Position numbers and translations under genes: made by a program | The notes under the pieces: model-generated | Seen by the model: only the letters and a program-made list of their open reading frames with translations | Database searches by the model: none | Told to the model about the DNA's origin: nothing | Source of the DNA: Deltaproteobacteria bacterium | Lineage (GTDB): Bacteria > Myxococcota_A > Polyangia > Polyangiales > Houyiibacteriaceae | Direction: 5' to 3' | NCBI GenBank assembly: GCA_034670305.1 | Contig: JAXMNT010000006.1 | Span: 172,980 to 236,979, forward strand | Length of the DNA stretch: 64,000 nucleotides | Shown here: piece by piece, positions 9,606 through 19,142 of the stretch | Layout: each line of letters begins with the position of its first letter | Position numbering within the stretch: the first letter of the stretch is position 1

Positions 9606-9611
9606 CCAGGC

Positions 9612-12600
9612 ATGGATGCGCGGTGGTGGATGCCCGCAGTCCTCACGGGTTTGGTGGCATGCAGTGGTCAGGCGTTGGTCGGAGGACCAGAGCCCGATGC
9701 CGCGTTCGACGCGCCGGTGATGACGTGCGGTGAGACGCAGACTGCGTGCGGGGAAGAGTGCGTCGATCTGCTCGACGACCCGGATCACTGCGGCGCCTGC
9801 GATGCAGCATGCGCGGAAGGGCAACTCTGCGTTGGGGGCATGTGCGCGGTGGAGTGCCCGGCCGGTCAGATCGTCTGCGGCGATCGCTGCGTCGATGTAC
9901 GGAGCGACCCGCTGCATTGCGGCGCGTGCGACGTGGCCTGCGACGAAGGGCTGCTCTGCGGCGATGGGATGTGCGGGGTCACCTGCGGCACGCTCACCCT
10001 CTGCACGGACGAAGCGGGCAGCGAGTACTGCGCGGATCTGACGACTTCGCGGGACGACTGCGGCGACTGCGGCCTCGGCTGCGGTCCCGGCGAGGTCTGT
10101 GTCGACGCGCTCTGCGAGATCTCCTGCCCCATCGGCCAGGTCCCGTGCGACGGGCTCTGCGTGGATCTCGGATCCGACCGCACCCACTGTGGTGCGTGTG
10201 GCGCCAGCTGCGCGGAAGGCACCGTGTGCAGCGCGGGCACGTGTGAGACCTCCTGCGGAGGCGGCCTCACCGAGTGCGACGGCGTGTGCCGCGACCTGAC
10301 GAGTGACCTCGGGCACTGCGGAGGTTGCGCGAACGCGTGTGCGACCGGCGAGGTCTGTTCGCTCGGGGTCTGCGAGACGGCGTGCAGCTCGACGCTGACC
10401 GACTGTGGCGGCGTGTGCCGCGACTTGGGGACCGACCGGCGAAACTGCGGCGGCTGCGACACGATCTGTGCGGATGGCGAAGTCTGTTCGGGCGGGGTGT
10501 GTGAGGTGTCGTGCGGCGGTGGCCTGAGCGAGTGCGATGGCGTGTGCCGCGACCTGACGAACGACCGTTTCCACTGCGGCGCCTGCAGCAGCGGGTGCGC
10601 GTCGGGCACCGTGTGCAGCGCGTCGACCTGCGAAGCGTCGTGCGGCGCGGGCCTGACCGACTGCGGTGGGTCGTGTCGCGACCTCGCGGTCGATCCCACC
10701 AACTGCGGCGGATGCGGCGTCGCGTGCGGCGCGCTCGAGGTCTGCTCGGCCGGCGTGTGTCAGATCTCGTGCGGCGGACTGACCGATTGCGGCGGCGTCT
10801 GTCGCGACACCGACACCGATCCGGGCAACTGCGGCGGATGCGGCACGAGCTGCGCGGCCGGTGAGGTGTGCACTGGCGCGGCGTGCGAGGTGACCTGCGG
10901 CGCAGGGCAGACGGAGTGCGACGGCGTGTGCCGTGACCTCGCGACGAACCGGTTGCACTGTGGCGGATGCGACGTCGCGTGCGACACCGGTGGCATCTGC
11001 GCGAGCGGCGTGTGCGAAGTGTCGTGCGGCGCGAGCCTGACCGATTGCAGCGGCGCATGCCGCGACCTCGACAACGACCGGCTTCACTGCGGCGGATGCG
11101 ACGCGGCCTGCGGACCGGGTCAGGTCTGCGCGGGTGGCGTGTGTTCGGTGAGCTGCACCCCGGGTCTGACGGATTGTGGCGGCGTGTGTCGGGACCTCGA
11201 CACCGATCCGCTGGCCTGTGGCGCGTGCGGTGCGACGTGTGTCGCGGGCACTGCCTGCGTCGCCGGCGCGTGTGAGGTCTCCTGCCCCGCGGGTCAAACC
11301 AACTGCAGCGGAACGTGCCGCAGCCTCGACGACGATCGACTGCACTGCGGTGGTTGCGGCATCGCCTGTGGCTCCGGAGAGATCTGCGACACGGGCGTGT
11401 GCGTGCTCAGCTGTCCGGCCGGACAGACGAACTGCGGCGGCGTGTGTCGCGACGTCACCAACGATGTGCTCGCGTGCGGGGCGTGCGGCACGACGTGTGG
11501 CGCCGGCGAACTGTGCAGCGGCGGGGTGTGCACCGTCAGTTGCGGCGCAGGCCTGAGCGAGTGCAGCGGGGTCTGCCGCGATCTCTCCACCGACAGCAAC
11601 CACTGCGGCGCGTGCGACGCGGGATGCCCGGCCGGGCAGCTGTGCAGCGGGGGGACGTGCGCGGTCTCATGCGGTGCCGGTCTCTCGAACTGCGGCGGCG
11701 TCTGCCGGGACCAGGACACCGATCGTTTTCATTGCGGCGGGTGCGGGGTGGCGTGCGCGGACGGTGAGGTCTGCAGTGCGGGCGCGTGTACCGTCAGCTG
11801 CGGCGGCGGTCTGTCCAACTGCAGTGGCGTCTGCCGGGACCTGGCGAACGACCGGCTTCATTGCGGGGGTTGTGGGCTGTCGTGCAGCGCCGGTGAAGTC
11901 TGCAGCGGCGGCGTGTGCACGGTGAGCTGTGGCTCGGGACTGACCGACTGCGGCGGCGTCTGTCGCGATCTCTCCACCGACCGCAACCACTGCGGCGGGT
12001 GCGGGGTGCTGTGCGGCGCGGGCGAGCTCTGTTCGGGTGGCGTGTGCCAGGTCTCGTGCACCGGCGGGCAGGTGGATTGCGGTGGCGTGTGCCGCGACAC
12101 GGACACCGATCGGTTCCATTGCGGTGGCTGCGGCGTCTCTTGCAGTGCTGGCGAGGTGTGCAGCAGCGGCGCGTGCACCGTGAGCTGCGGTGGCGGACTC
12201 TCGAACTGCGGCGGGGTCTGCCGAGACCTGGCGAACGACCGGCTGCATTGCGGCGGCTGTGGCATGGCGTGCGGCGATGGCGAAGTGTGCAGCGGCGGTG
12301 TGTGCACGGTCAGCTGCGGCGCCGGGCTGACCGACTGCGGTGGCGTGTGCCGTGATCTCTCGACCGATCGCAACCACTGCGGTGGATGCGGCATGCTCTG
12401 CGGCGCGGGCGAGCTCTGCTCCGGTGGCGCATGCTCGGTGTCTTGCACCGGCGGCCAAGTGGACTGTGGGGGCGTGTGCCGGGACACGGACACCGACCGG
12501 TTCCATTGCGGCGGCTGCGGCGTCAGCTGCAGCGCCGGAGAAGTGTGTGCGGCGGGGGCGTGTGCGGTGAGTTGTGGCGGTGGGCTCTCCAACTGTGGCG

Positions 12601-13544
12601 GCGTGTGTCGAGACCTCGCGAATGATCGACTTCACTGCGGCGGCTGCGGTGTGATGTGCGCCGCCGGCGAGGTCTGCAGCAGCGGCGTGTGCACGGTCAG
12701 CTGCGGCGCGGGGCTCACGGACTGCGGGGGTGTGTGCCGCGACCTCGGCACCGACCGCAACCATTGCGGAAGCTGCGGCACGCTGTGCGCGGCAGGTCAG
12801 GTCTGCAGCGGAGGGGGCTGCACGGTCAGCTGCACCGCCGGACTCGTCAACTGCGGCGGCACTTGCCGCGACCTGAGCACCGATCGCTTCAACTGCGGTG
12901 GCTGCGGTGTCGGGTGTGGCGCCGGCCAAGTGTGCAGCGGTGGCAGTTGCACGGTCAGCTGCGGGGGTGGGCTCACCAACTGCAGCGGCGTGTGCCGGGA
13001 CTTGACCACCGACGCGAACCACTGCGGCGGATGCGGCATGGCGTGCGGGGCGGGCCAGCGGTGCAACGCCAGCAGCTGCGAGTTGAGCTGTCCGGGCGGT
13101 CAGGTGGCGTGCGGCGGGGTCTGCCTCGACAGCGCCACCGAGTCGTGTGCGGCGGGCACCGACCTCGGCACCCTGGTCGCGGGATCGAGCACGACGACCT
13201 CCCTCGAGACCTTGCCGGATGGCGGGCAAGAGGACTGGTACCTCGTCCGGTTCCCGATGAACCCAGACTTCCGCCAGCACGGCACCGGCAACGCCCGCAT
13301 CAGCTTTGCCACGAACGACGGCAGCGCGTTCCGCATCCAGCTCTACAGCAACTGCACGCCGACCCCGCTGCCCGGTGAAGCGGGGGCGCTGCGAACGTCC
13401 TGGAACTTCCTGGACACCTGCACGACGTTCGCGAACAACTGTTCGACGCGCGCGGTGGCGTGGCCGAACGTGGTCCGCATCCGAGTGACCCGAACGAGCG
13501 CCGCCACGTTCTGTGGCGGGTACCGGTTGAGGCTCGAACGTTGA
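9612..13544 (+). CDS. Giant Cys-rich repeat lipoprotein (26 repeats of about 43 aa, STIG1/MXAN_6577-like) with a C-terminal beta-sandwich-like domain
   Basis: Lipobox GLVAC. Repeat CGGVCRDLxTDxxHCGGCGxxCxxGEVCSGGxCxVSCGxGLTD, counted 26 times. Non-repetitive C-terminus with EDWY motif. Confidence 0.9.
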   Translation: MDARWWMPAVLTGLVACSGQALVGGPEPDAAFDAPVMTCGETQTACGEECVDLLDDPDHCGACDAACAEGQLCVGGMCAVECPAGQIVCGDRCVDVRSDPLHCGACDVACDEGLLCGDGMCGVTCGTLTLCTDEAGSEYCADLTTSRDDCGDCGLGCGPGEVCVDALCEISCPIGQVPCDGLCVDLGSDRTHCGACGASCAEGTVCSAGTCETSCGGGLTECDGVCRDLTSDLGHCGGCANACATGEVCSLGVCETACSSTLTDCGGVCRDLGTDRRNCGGCDTICADGEVCSGGVCEVSCGGGLSECDGVCRDLTNDRFHCGACSSGCASGTVCSASTCEASCGAGLTDCGGSCRDLAVDPTNCGGCGVACGALEVCSAGVCQISCGGLTDCGGVCRDTDTDPGNCGGCGTSCAAGEVCTGAACEVTCGAGQTECDGVCRDLATNRLHCGGCDVACDTGGICASGVCEVSCGASLTDCSGACRDLDNDRLHCGGCDAACGPGQVCAGGVCSVSCTPGLTDCGGVCRDLDTDPLACGACGATCVAGTACVAGACEVSCPAGQTNCSGTCRSLDDDRLHCGGCGIACGSGEICDTGVCVLSCPAGQTNCGGVCRDVTNDVLACGACGTTCGAGELCSGGVCTVSCGAGLSECSGVCRDLSTDSNHCGACDAGCPAGQLCSGGTCAVSCGAGLSNCGGVCRDQDTDRFHCGGCGVACADGEVCSAGACTVSCGGGLSNCSGVCRDLANDRLHCGGCGLSCSAGEVCSGGVCTVSCGSGLTDCGGVCRDLSTDRNHCGGCGVLCGAGELCSGGVCQVSCTGGQVDCGGVCRDTDTDRFHCGGCGVSCSAGEVCSSGACTVSCGGGLSNCGGVCRDLANDRLHCGGCGMACGDGEVCSGGVCTVSCGAGLTDCGGVCRDLSTDRNHCGGCGMLCGAGELCSGGACSVSCTGGQVDCGGVCRDTDTDRFHCGGCGVSCSAGEVCAAGACAVSCGGGLSNCGGVCRDLANDRLHCGGCGVMCAAGEVCSSGVCTVSCGAGLTDCGGVCRDLGTDRNHCGSCGTLCAAGQVCSGGGCTVSCTAGLVNCGGTCRDLSTDRFNCGGCGVGCGAGQVCSGGSCTVSCGGGLTNCSGVCRDLTTDANHCGGCGMACGAGQRCNASSCELSCPGGQVACGGVCLDSATESCAAGTDLGTLVAGSSTTTSLETLPDGGQEDWYLVRFPMNPDFRQHGTGNARISFATNDGSAFRIQLYSNCTPTPLPGEAGALRTSWNFLDTCTTFANNCSTRAVAWPNVVRIRVTRTSAATFCGGYRLRLER

Positions 13545-14731
13545 CCCGTGCGTGGGCCACGGCGGTGGTCGGAATGTTCGTGCTGACTGCGGCTCCCGCA
13601 CTGGCGCAGGACACCGTGGGCGACGAAGGACTGGTCGCGGTCTTCCACCTCGAGGGTGGCGCGGACGTCATGTTGTCCGACACCCTCGACGAGCAGTTCG
13701 GGTGGGGCGGGCACGTCGGTGCGCGGTTCGGTTTGGAAGTCGTGGGGCCGTTGTCGATCCAGGTGGGCTTCGAGAGTCTCTGGTTCCCAGTGGAGTCGCA
13801 GGACCCGGGCAACCTCTATCAGATCGCGCTCGGCGCGCGCGGCTACTTCCCGGTGACCGATGGCGCGCTCGGGGGGCCGTGGGTGGACGCGAACGCAGGA
13901 ATCGGCATCACCGGCGAGCTCGTGCGTTTCGTCTTCGATGTCGGGGCGGGCTGGGACTTCTTTCCCCATCCCAAGTTCGGGGTGGGTCCGTACGTGCGCT
14001 ACATGCAGATCGTGCAGCCGAACGACGAACCGCTCGGGACCGATGCACGCATGCTTGGCTTTGGCGTGCACCTCACCGCGCGGCTCGGACTTCAATCGCC
14101 CCCGGCACCGGTCGAACGGATCGAACGCGTCGTCGAAGCGCCGGAGGACCCGGACTCCGATGGCGACGGAATGAGCGACTCGCGCGACGCGTGCCCCTCC
14201 TCGGCGGAGGACATGGATGGAGTGCAGGACGACGACGGCTGCCCCGAACGGGACGCCGACTCCGATGGCATCGCCGACGAAGACGACCGCTGCCCGGAGC
14301 TGGCGGAGAGCCGGAACGGGTTCGAGGACGAAGACGGTTGTCCGGACGAAGCACCGGCACCGGAGCCCATCGCGAACCCGCGCGAGCGCGCTGGTGAACC
14401 GCTCGAGCCGACGGTGCGGTTCCGGGTCGGGACCGACCGCGTCTCGCCCCGTTTCCGGGCGGAGATCCAGGCGGTCTGTGAAGTCGCGGCAGAGAACCCC
14501 GAGTCGATCATCCGTGTCATCGGCCACGCCGACGAACAGGGCAGCGCCGCTGCGAACCACCGACTCGGAGCCCAGCGCGCGGGCGCGGTCGCCGAGCAGC
14601 TCGTGATCTGCGGCGTCTCGCCCACCCGACTTCACAGCGTCTCTTACGGCGACACCCGTCCCACCTGCGCCGACGACACCGTCGACTGCCACCTCGACAA
14701 CCGCCGCGTCCACTTCGAACTGGTGCGCTGA
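13541..14731 (+). CDS. OmpA-family outer membrane protein (beta-barrel + thrombospondin type 3-like Ca-binding repeats + OmpA C-terminal domain)
   Basis: Signal peptide ending ALA-Q; DSDGDGMSDSRDACP and EDEDGCPD repeats; IGHADEQG...NHRLGAQRA...SYGD...NRRV. TTGA overlap with the upstream stop. Confidence 0.88.
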   Translation: MTRAWATAVVGMFVLTAAPALAQDTVGDEGLVAVFHLEGGADVMLSDTLDEQFGWGGHVGARFGLEVVGPLSIQVGFESLWFPVESQDPGNLYQIALGARGYFPVTDGALGGPWVDANAGIGITGELVRFVFDVGAGWDFFPHPKFGVGPYVRYMQIVQPNDEPLGTDARMLGFGVHLTARLGLQSPPAPVERIERVVEAPEDPDSDGDGMSDSRDACPSSAEDMDGVQDDDGCPERDADSDGIADEDDRCPELAESRNGFEDEDGCPDEAPAPEPIANPRERAGEPLEPTVRFRVGTDRVSPRFRAEIQAVCEVAAENPESIIRVIGHADEQGSAAANHRLGAQRAGAVAEQLVICGVSPTRLHSVSYGDTRPTCADDTVDCHLDNRRVHFELVR

Positions 14732-14811
14732 CGCCCGCTGGCTCCGGTAGCCTCCACCTCCCGGGTTTCGGCACCGGATCTGCGAGACGCGTCCGCGATG
14801 AAGCGCAGATG

Positions 14812-14960
14812 GCCAGCAGCAGAGGCAGCGGCAGCTGCAGCGGCAGCGGCATTGGCAGCGGCAGCGGCAGAGACAGCGGCAGCGGCAGCGGCAGCGGCAG
14901 CTACAGCGGCAGCGGCAGCGGCAGCGGCAGCGGCAGCGGCAGCGGCAGCGACAGCGACAG
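14812..14960. repeat. Hexamer tandem tract (GCAGCG)n, about 25 units
   Basis: Directly visible downstream of ompA. Confidence 0.95.
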
Positions 14961-14968
14961 CCCATGCT

Positions 14969-15182
14969 CTCCTTCGGAGTCGCACGGTTTGTAGCCTCTC
15001 CTGCGGAAGTCGGCTCCTTCGTCCTTCGGACTCGGAGTGGCAGGGGTGGGCTTGCTGGCTCGGCGGCAACGTGTGGATGCGACGGAACTCCCCCCCACTC
15101 CCCCACAACTCCCCCCAACTCTCCCGAAACGAACCAGGAGCCAACGAGCACCACGCATCCAGCAGGAGAGCGGCGCGTGCGA
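14969..15182. other. Long nested imperfect inverted-repeat element (candidate structured RNA or MITE/REP-like element)
   Basis: Nested pairings: TCGCACG 14980-86 with CGTGCGA 15176-82; CTCTCCTGCGGA 14996-15007 with TCCAGCAGGAGAG 15158-70; GTCGGCTCCTTCGT 15009-22 with ACGAACCAGGAGCCAAC 15129-45; a G-rich arm with a C-rich arm. Confidence 0.55.
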
Positions 15183-15217
15183 GCACAAGGACAGGGGGGG
15201 GGTGTTTGGAGAACAAA

Positions 15218-15416
15218 GCCGAAGCCGACGCCGATGCCGATGCCGAAGCCGAAGCCGAAGCCGAAGCCGAAGCCGAAGCCGAAGCCGAAGCCGAAGCCGA
15301 ATCCGAATCCGAAGCCGAAGCCGATGCCGATGCCGATGCCGAAGCCGATGCCGAAGCCGATGCCGATGCCGATGCCGATGCCGAAGCCGAAGCCGAGGCC
15401 GAAGCCGAAGCCGATC
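15218..15416. repeat. Hexamer tandem tract (GCCGAA/GCCGAT)n, about 33 units, followed by GGGCAC x2
   Basis: Directly visible between convergent ompA and gpsA. Confidence 0.95.
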
Positions 15417-15453
15417 GTTCGGGCACGGGCACGGGGACTGAGGCCCTGGCGCC

Positions 15454-16473
15454 TCAGTCGTCGCGTTCGGCGCGGAGCGGGCGGGTCATGAGGTCGACCA
15501 TGGCTTCGCGGGCGGGCTGGTCTTCGTAGAGGATCTTGTAGACCTGGCGGGTGATCGGCATGTCGACCTCGAGCGCGAGCGCGAGCTCGTGGGCGCTCTG
15601 GGTGGTCTTCACCCCTTCGGCGACCATGCCGAGCTCGCCGAGGATCTGGCTCAGCGTCTTGCCTTGGCCGAGCGCGGTGCCGACCCGGCGGTTGCGGCTC
15701 AGATCGCCCGTGCACGTGAGCACGAGATCGCCCATGCCCGAGAGGCCTGCGAGCGTCAGTGGATGTGCGCCGAGCTTCAGCGCGAGGCGTGAGAGTTCCG
15801 CCAGCCCGCGGGTGATGAGCGCGGCGCGGGTGTTGTGGCCCATGCCCATTCCGTCCGCGATGCCGGCCGCGATCGCGACGACGTTTTTCAGTGCGCCTCC
15901 GACCTCGACGCCGATCACGTCGTCGGTCGTGTAGACCCGGAACCGGTCCGTGTTGAAGTACGCCTGCACCCGTTCGGTGACGGCTTCGTCGTAGCCGGCG
16001 ACACACACGGCGGTCGGCATGCCCTGCGCGACCTCTTTGGCGAACGACGGGCCGCCGAGGTAGGTGAGGCGGTGGTGTTCGGATTCTTCGAAGGCGTCTT
16101 CGAAGATCTGCGAGACGAGTTTGTGGGTGCCCTGTTCGATGCCTTTGGTGGCGCTGACCACAGCGGCCTTCTGCGGGATCATCGGCGCGAGCTGCGCCAG
16201 CAGGCCTCGGTTGGCTTCGGTCGGTACGACCACGACGGCCAGGTCGATCCCTTCGGCAGCGGCGGCGAGGTCGTTCGTGGCGGTGAGGGTGGCGGGGAGG
16301 GCGACGCCTTGGAGGTAGTCGGGGTTGGTGCGCGTCTTCTGGATCGCGGCGGCGTGGTCGGCTCTGCGCGACCAGAGGCGGGTGGCGTAGCCCTGGTCGG
16401 CGAGCAGTTTCGCGAGCGCGGTGCCCCACGAGCCGGCGCCGAACACGCCGATGGTGTGCGTCTTGTCGGTCAT
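15454..16473 (-). CDS. gpsA: NAD(P)H-dependent glycerol-3-phosphate dehydrogenase
   Basis: [55 protein letters not shown]. Confidence 0.96.
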   Translation of the reverse strand: MTDKTHTIGVFGAGSWGTALAKLLADQGYATRLWSRRADHAAAIQKTRTNPDYLQGVALPATLTATNDLAAAAEGIDLAVVVVPTEANRGLLAQLAPMIPQKAAVVSATKGIEQGTHKLVSQIFEDAFEESEHHRLTYLGGPSFAKEVAQGMPTAVCVAGYDEAVTERVQAYFNTDRFRVYTTDDVIGVEVGGALKNVVAIAAGIADGMGMGHNTRAALITRGLAELSRLALKLGAHPLTLAGLSGMGDLVLTCTGDLSRNRRVGTALGQGKTLSQILGELGMVAEGVKTTQSAHELALALEVDMPITRQVYKILYEDQPAREAMVDLMTRPLRAERDD

Positions 16474-16572
16474 GGGCGGCAGCCTACCAAAGACCGCACG
16501 GCGCGGTGGGGTGGTCGAGTGCGCACCCCGCGCTCCTCACGAGTCGACCCGTGAAGGCCGAGGACGCTGGGT

Positions 16573-18987
16573 TCAGGCGGTGGTGGGCGTCGCGGCCGGC
16601 TTCTTGTCGGCCGGTTTGTCGCTGCTGTCGCTGAGATCGAGTTGGAGCGAGTCGGGATCGATCAGGGCGTTGGCGAGGACTTCGTCCATCTTCTTCACCG
16701 GGACGAACTCGAGGGTCGTGCGGACCTCGTCGGGCACGTCTTCGAGGTCGGCCATGCAGCGCTCCGGAAGGATCACGCGCTTGATGCCCGCGCGGTGGGC
16801 CGCGAGGATCTTCTCTTTCACACCGCCGACCGGAAGCACGCGACCACGCAGGGTGATCTCGCCGGTCATCGCGACGTCGTGCCGGACCCGGAGGCCGGTG
16901 AGGAGGGAGACGAGCGCGGTCATCATGGTGACGCCGGCGCTCGGGCCGTCCTTGGGCATGCCGCCCGCGGGGATGTGGATGTGGATGTCGCTCTTCTCGA
17001 GGAAGTCGACCGGGATGCCGAAGTCGGTGGCGCGGGTGCGCACGTAGCTCATCGCCGCCTGGGCCGACTCTTTCATCACGTCGCCGAGCTGGCCGGTGAG
17101 TTGCAGCTTGCCGGTGCCGTGCATCTTCGTGCACTCGATGAAGAGGATTTCTCCGCCGACCGAGGTCCAGGCGAGGCCGGTGGCGACGCCGCTTTCGCTC
17201 GTGCGTTCGGCGACTTCGCTGCTGAAGCGCGGGGCGCCGAGGAAGGGCTTGAGCGCCGCTTCGTCCGCGATCTCGAAGGGTCCCATGTCGCCTTCAGCGA
17301 CCTTCACTGCGATGCCGCGGACCACGCCGGCGATCTTGCGCTCGAGGTTTCGAACGCCCGCTTCGCGCGTGTACGAGTCGATGATCGACTCGAGCGCCGG
17401 GTCGAGGACCGAGATCTGCTCCGGCTTGAGTCCGTGCTCGTCGACCTGCTTCGGCATGAGGTGGACCTTCGCGATGTCCAGCTTCTCCTTGCGGGTGTAG
17501 CCGGGGATCTCGATGATCTCCATGCGGTCGCGCAGCGGCGCCGGGATCGTGTCGCCGACGTTCGCGGTGGCGATGAACATGACCTTGGAGAGGTCGTAGG
17601 GAATCTCCAGGTAGTGATCGCTGAACGTGTCGTTCTGCTCCGGGTCGAGCACTTCGAGCAGCGCCGCAGCCGGGTCTCCACGGAAGTCGCGGCCGACCTT
17701 GTCGATCTCGTCGAGCATGAAGATCGGGTTGATGGTCCCGGTCTTCTTCATGCCCTGGATGACCTGGCCGGGGAGGGCGCCGACGTAGGTGCGGCGGTGG
17801 CCGCGAATGGCGGCTTCGTCGTGCACGCCACCGAGGCTGATGCGGTGAAAGCGGCGACCGAGGGCGCGGGCGACCGAGCGACCGAGCGAGGTCTTGCCGA
17901 CGCCGGGCGGACCGATGAGGCAGAGGATCGGCCCCTTCTTGTCCTTCTTCAGCTTGCGGACGGCGAGGTACTCGACGATGCGCTTTTTGACCTTCTCGAG
18001 GCCCGAGTGGTCTTCGTCCAGCACCCGGCGCACCTGGGGGATGTCCAGGTTGTCGGTGGTCTCTTTCGACCACGGAATGTCGAGGATCCAGTCGATGTAG
18101 GTCCGGACGACCGTGTACTCCGCCGAACCGACCTGCATCTGGCGGAGGCGCTTGAGTTGCTTGCGGGCGACCTTGTCGGTCTCCTTCGGGAGCTCGGCTT
18201 TGGTCAGGCGCTCTTCGAGCACGTCGAGATCGGTCGAGTCGCCGTCCTCTTCACCAAGCTCTTCGCGGATCGCTTTGAGCTGCTGGCGCAAGACGTACTC
18301 GCGCTGGTTCTTCCCCATCTCCTCTTTGATCTGGGAGTTGATGCGCTCCCGCATCTTGAGGATCTCGAGCTGCCGCGTGAGGAGCCGGAGCACCTTGCGG
18401 ATGCGGTCCTTGGCGTCGATGGTCTCGAGCAACTGGGCCTTCTCGTCCACCGGGGCGTCGAGGTTGGCGGCGACCAGGTCGGCGAGCTGCCCAGGCTCCT
18501 GGATCGAGTCGATGAGGGAACTCGCTTCGCGCGGGAGCTCCGGCATCAGCTGAATCACCTGCTTGGCGATGTCGCGCAGGCTCATCGCGAGGGCTTCGGC
18601 CTCGACGTCGTCTGCTTTCGGCTCTTCGAGCTTCGACGTGCGCGCTTTGAGGTAAGGCTCGTTCTGCTGAAGGCTCTCGAGCCGCACCCGCATGAGTCCC
18701 TGGAGAATCAGGCTGTAGTTGCCGCTCGAATGTTTGAGGGCCTTGAGCACCCGCGCGGCCACACCCACGGGGTAGAGGTCTTCGTGCGCTGGATCGTCGG
18801 TCGCGGGATCGCGCTGGGCGAAGATGGCGATGACCGGCTGATCGAGGTTCTCGATGTCCTGGACGAGGGCGACGGACTTCTCGCGGCCTACATCGAAAGG
18901 GGCCACCGCACCGGGGAAAAGAACTGCGTTCCGGATCGGTAGAACAGGCAGCTCGTCATCAAAATCGAGGGCGTCGTCGTTTGCCAT
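16573..18987 (-). CDS. lon: ATP-dependent Lon protease (LonA)
   Basis: LON N domain ([14 protein letters not shown]), [23 protein letters not shown] catalytic Ser, VGGVKEK. Confidence 0.97.
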   Translation of the reverse strand: MANDDALDFDDELPVLPIRNAVLFPGAVAPFDVGREKSVALVQDIENLDQPVIAIFAQRDPATDDPAHEDLYPVGVAARVLKALKHSSGNYSLILQGLMRVRLESLQQNEPYLKARTSKLEEPKADDVEAEALAMSLRDIAKQVIQLMPELPREASSLIDSIQEPGQLADLVAANLDAPVDEKAQLLETIDAKDRIRKVLRLLTRQLEILKMRERINSQIKEEMGKNQREYVLRQQLKAIREELGEEDGDSTDLDVLEERLTKAELPKETDKVARKQLKRLRQMQVGSAEYTVVRTYIDWILDIPWSKETTDNLDIPQVRRVLDEDHSGLEKVKKRIVEYLAVRKLKKDKKGPILCLIGPPGVGKTSLGRSVARALGRRFHRISLGGVHDEAAIRGHRRTYVGALPGQVIQGMKKTGTINPIFMLDEIDKVGRDFRGDPAAALLEVLDPEQNDTFSDHYLEIPYDLSKVMFIATANVGDTIPAPLRDRMEIIEIPGYTRKEKLDIAKVHLMPKQVDEHGLKPEQISVLDPALESIIDSYTREAGVRNLERKIAGVVRGIAVKVAEGDMGPFEIADEAALKPFLGAPRFSSEVAERTSESGVATGLAWTSVGGEILFIECTKMHGTGKLQLTGQLGDVMKESAQAAMSYVRTRATDFGIPVDFLEKSDIHIHIPAGGMPKDGPSAGVTMMTALVSLLTGLRVRHDVAMTGEITLRGRVLPVGGVKEKILAAHRAGIKRVILPERCMADLEDVPDEVRTTLEFVPVKKMDEVLANALIDPDSLQLDLSDSSDKPADKKPAATPTTA

Positions 18988-19070
18988 GCGGTGCTCAGGG
19001 TGCGCTGGGTGGAGCGCACGGGAAATTTGAAGTGAGGCCGGAGGTTCACGAGAGCCGCGAACCTCTGCGG

Positions 19071-19099
19071 AACATAGTCAGACCCCCAACGGGGTGCAA
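19071..19099 (-). promoter_or_regulatory. Sigma70-like promoter for lon, TTGCAC-N17-TATGTT
   Basis: -35 at 19099-19094 and -10 at 19076-19071 on the minus strand. The leader of about 75 nt contains two hairpins. Confidence 0.55.
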
Positions 19100-19142
19100 T
19101 ACGCGTGTGGTCCGGGCGGCCTGGCGCCAGCCCGAAGCGCCG

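Noticed and set aside
9450-11603. 718-aa N-terminal extension of the response regulator in the ORF track
   Set aside because: It is the antisense of the Cys-rich gene. The receiver domain starts at GTG 9449.
14644-15529. Poly-dipeptide ORFs (SA, AE, PK, RS, GF, RC) across the hexamer tracts, also at 118-624, 22454-23350, 30562-30927, 49516-50459 and 56897-57655
   Set aside because: Stop-free frames are an automatic result of the 6-bp unit. There are no consistent starts or conserved flanks, so they are not called as genes without translation data.
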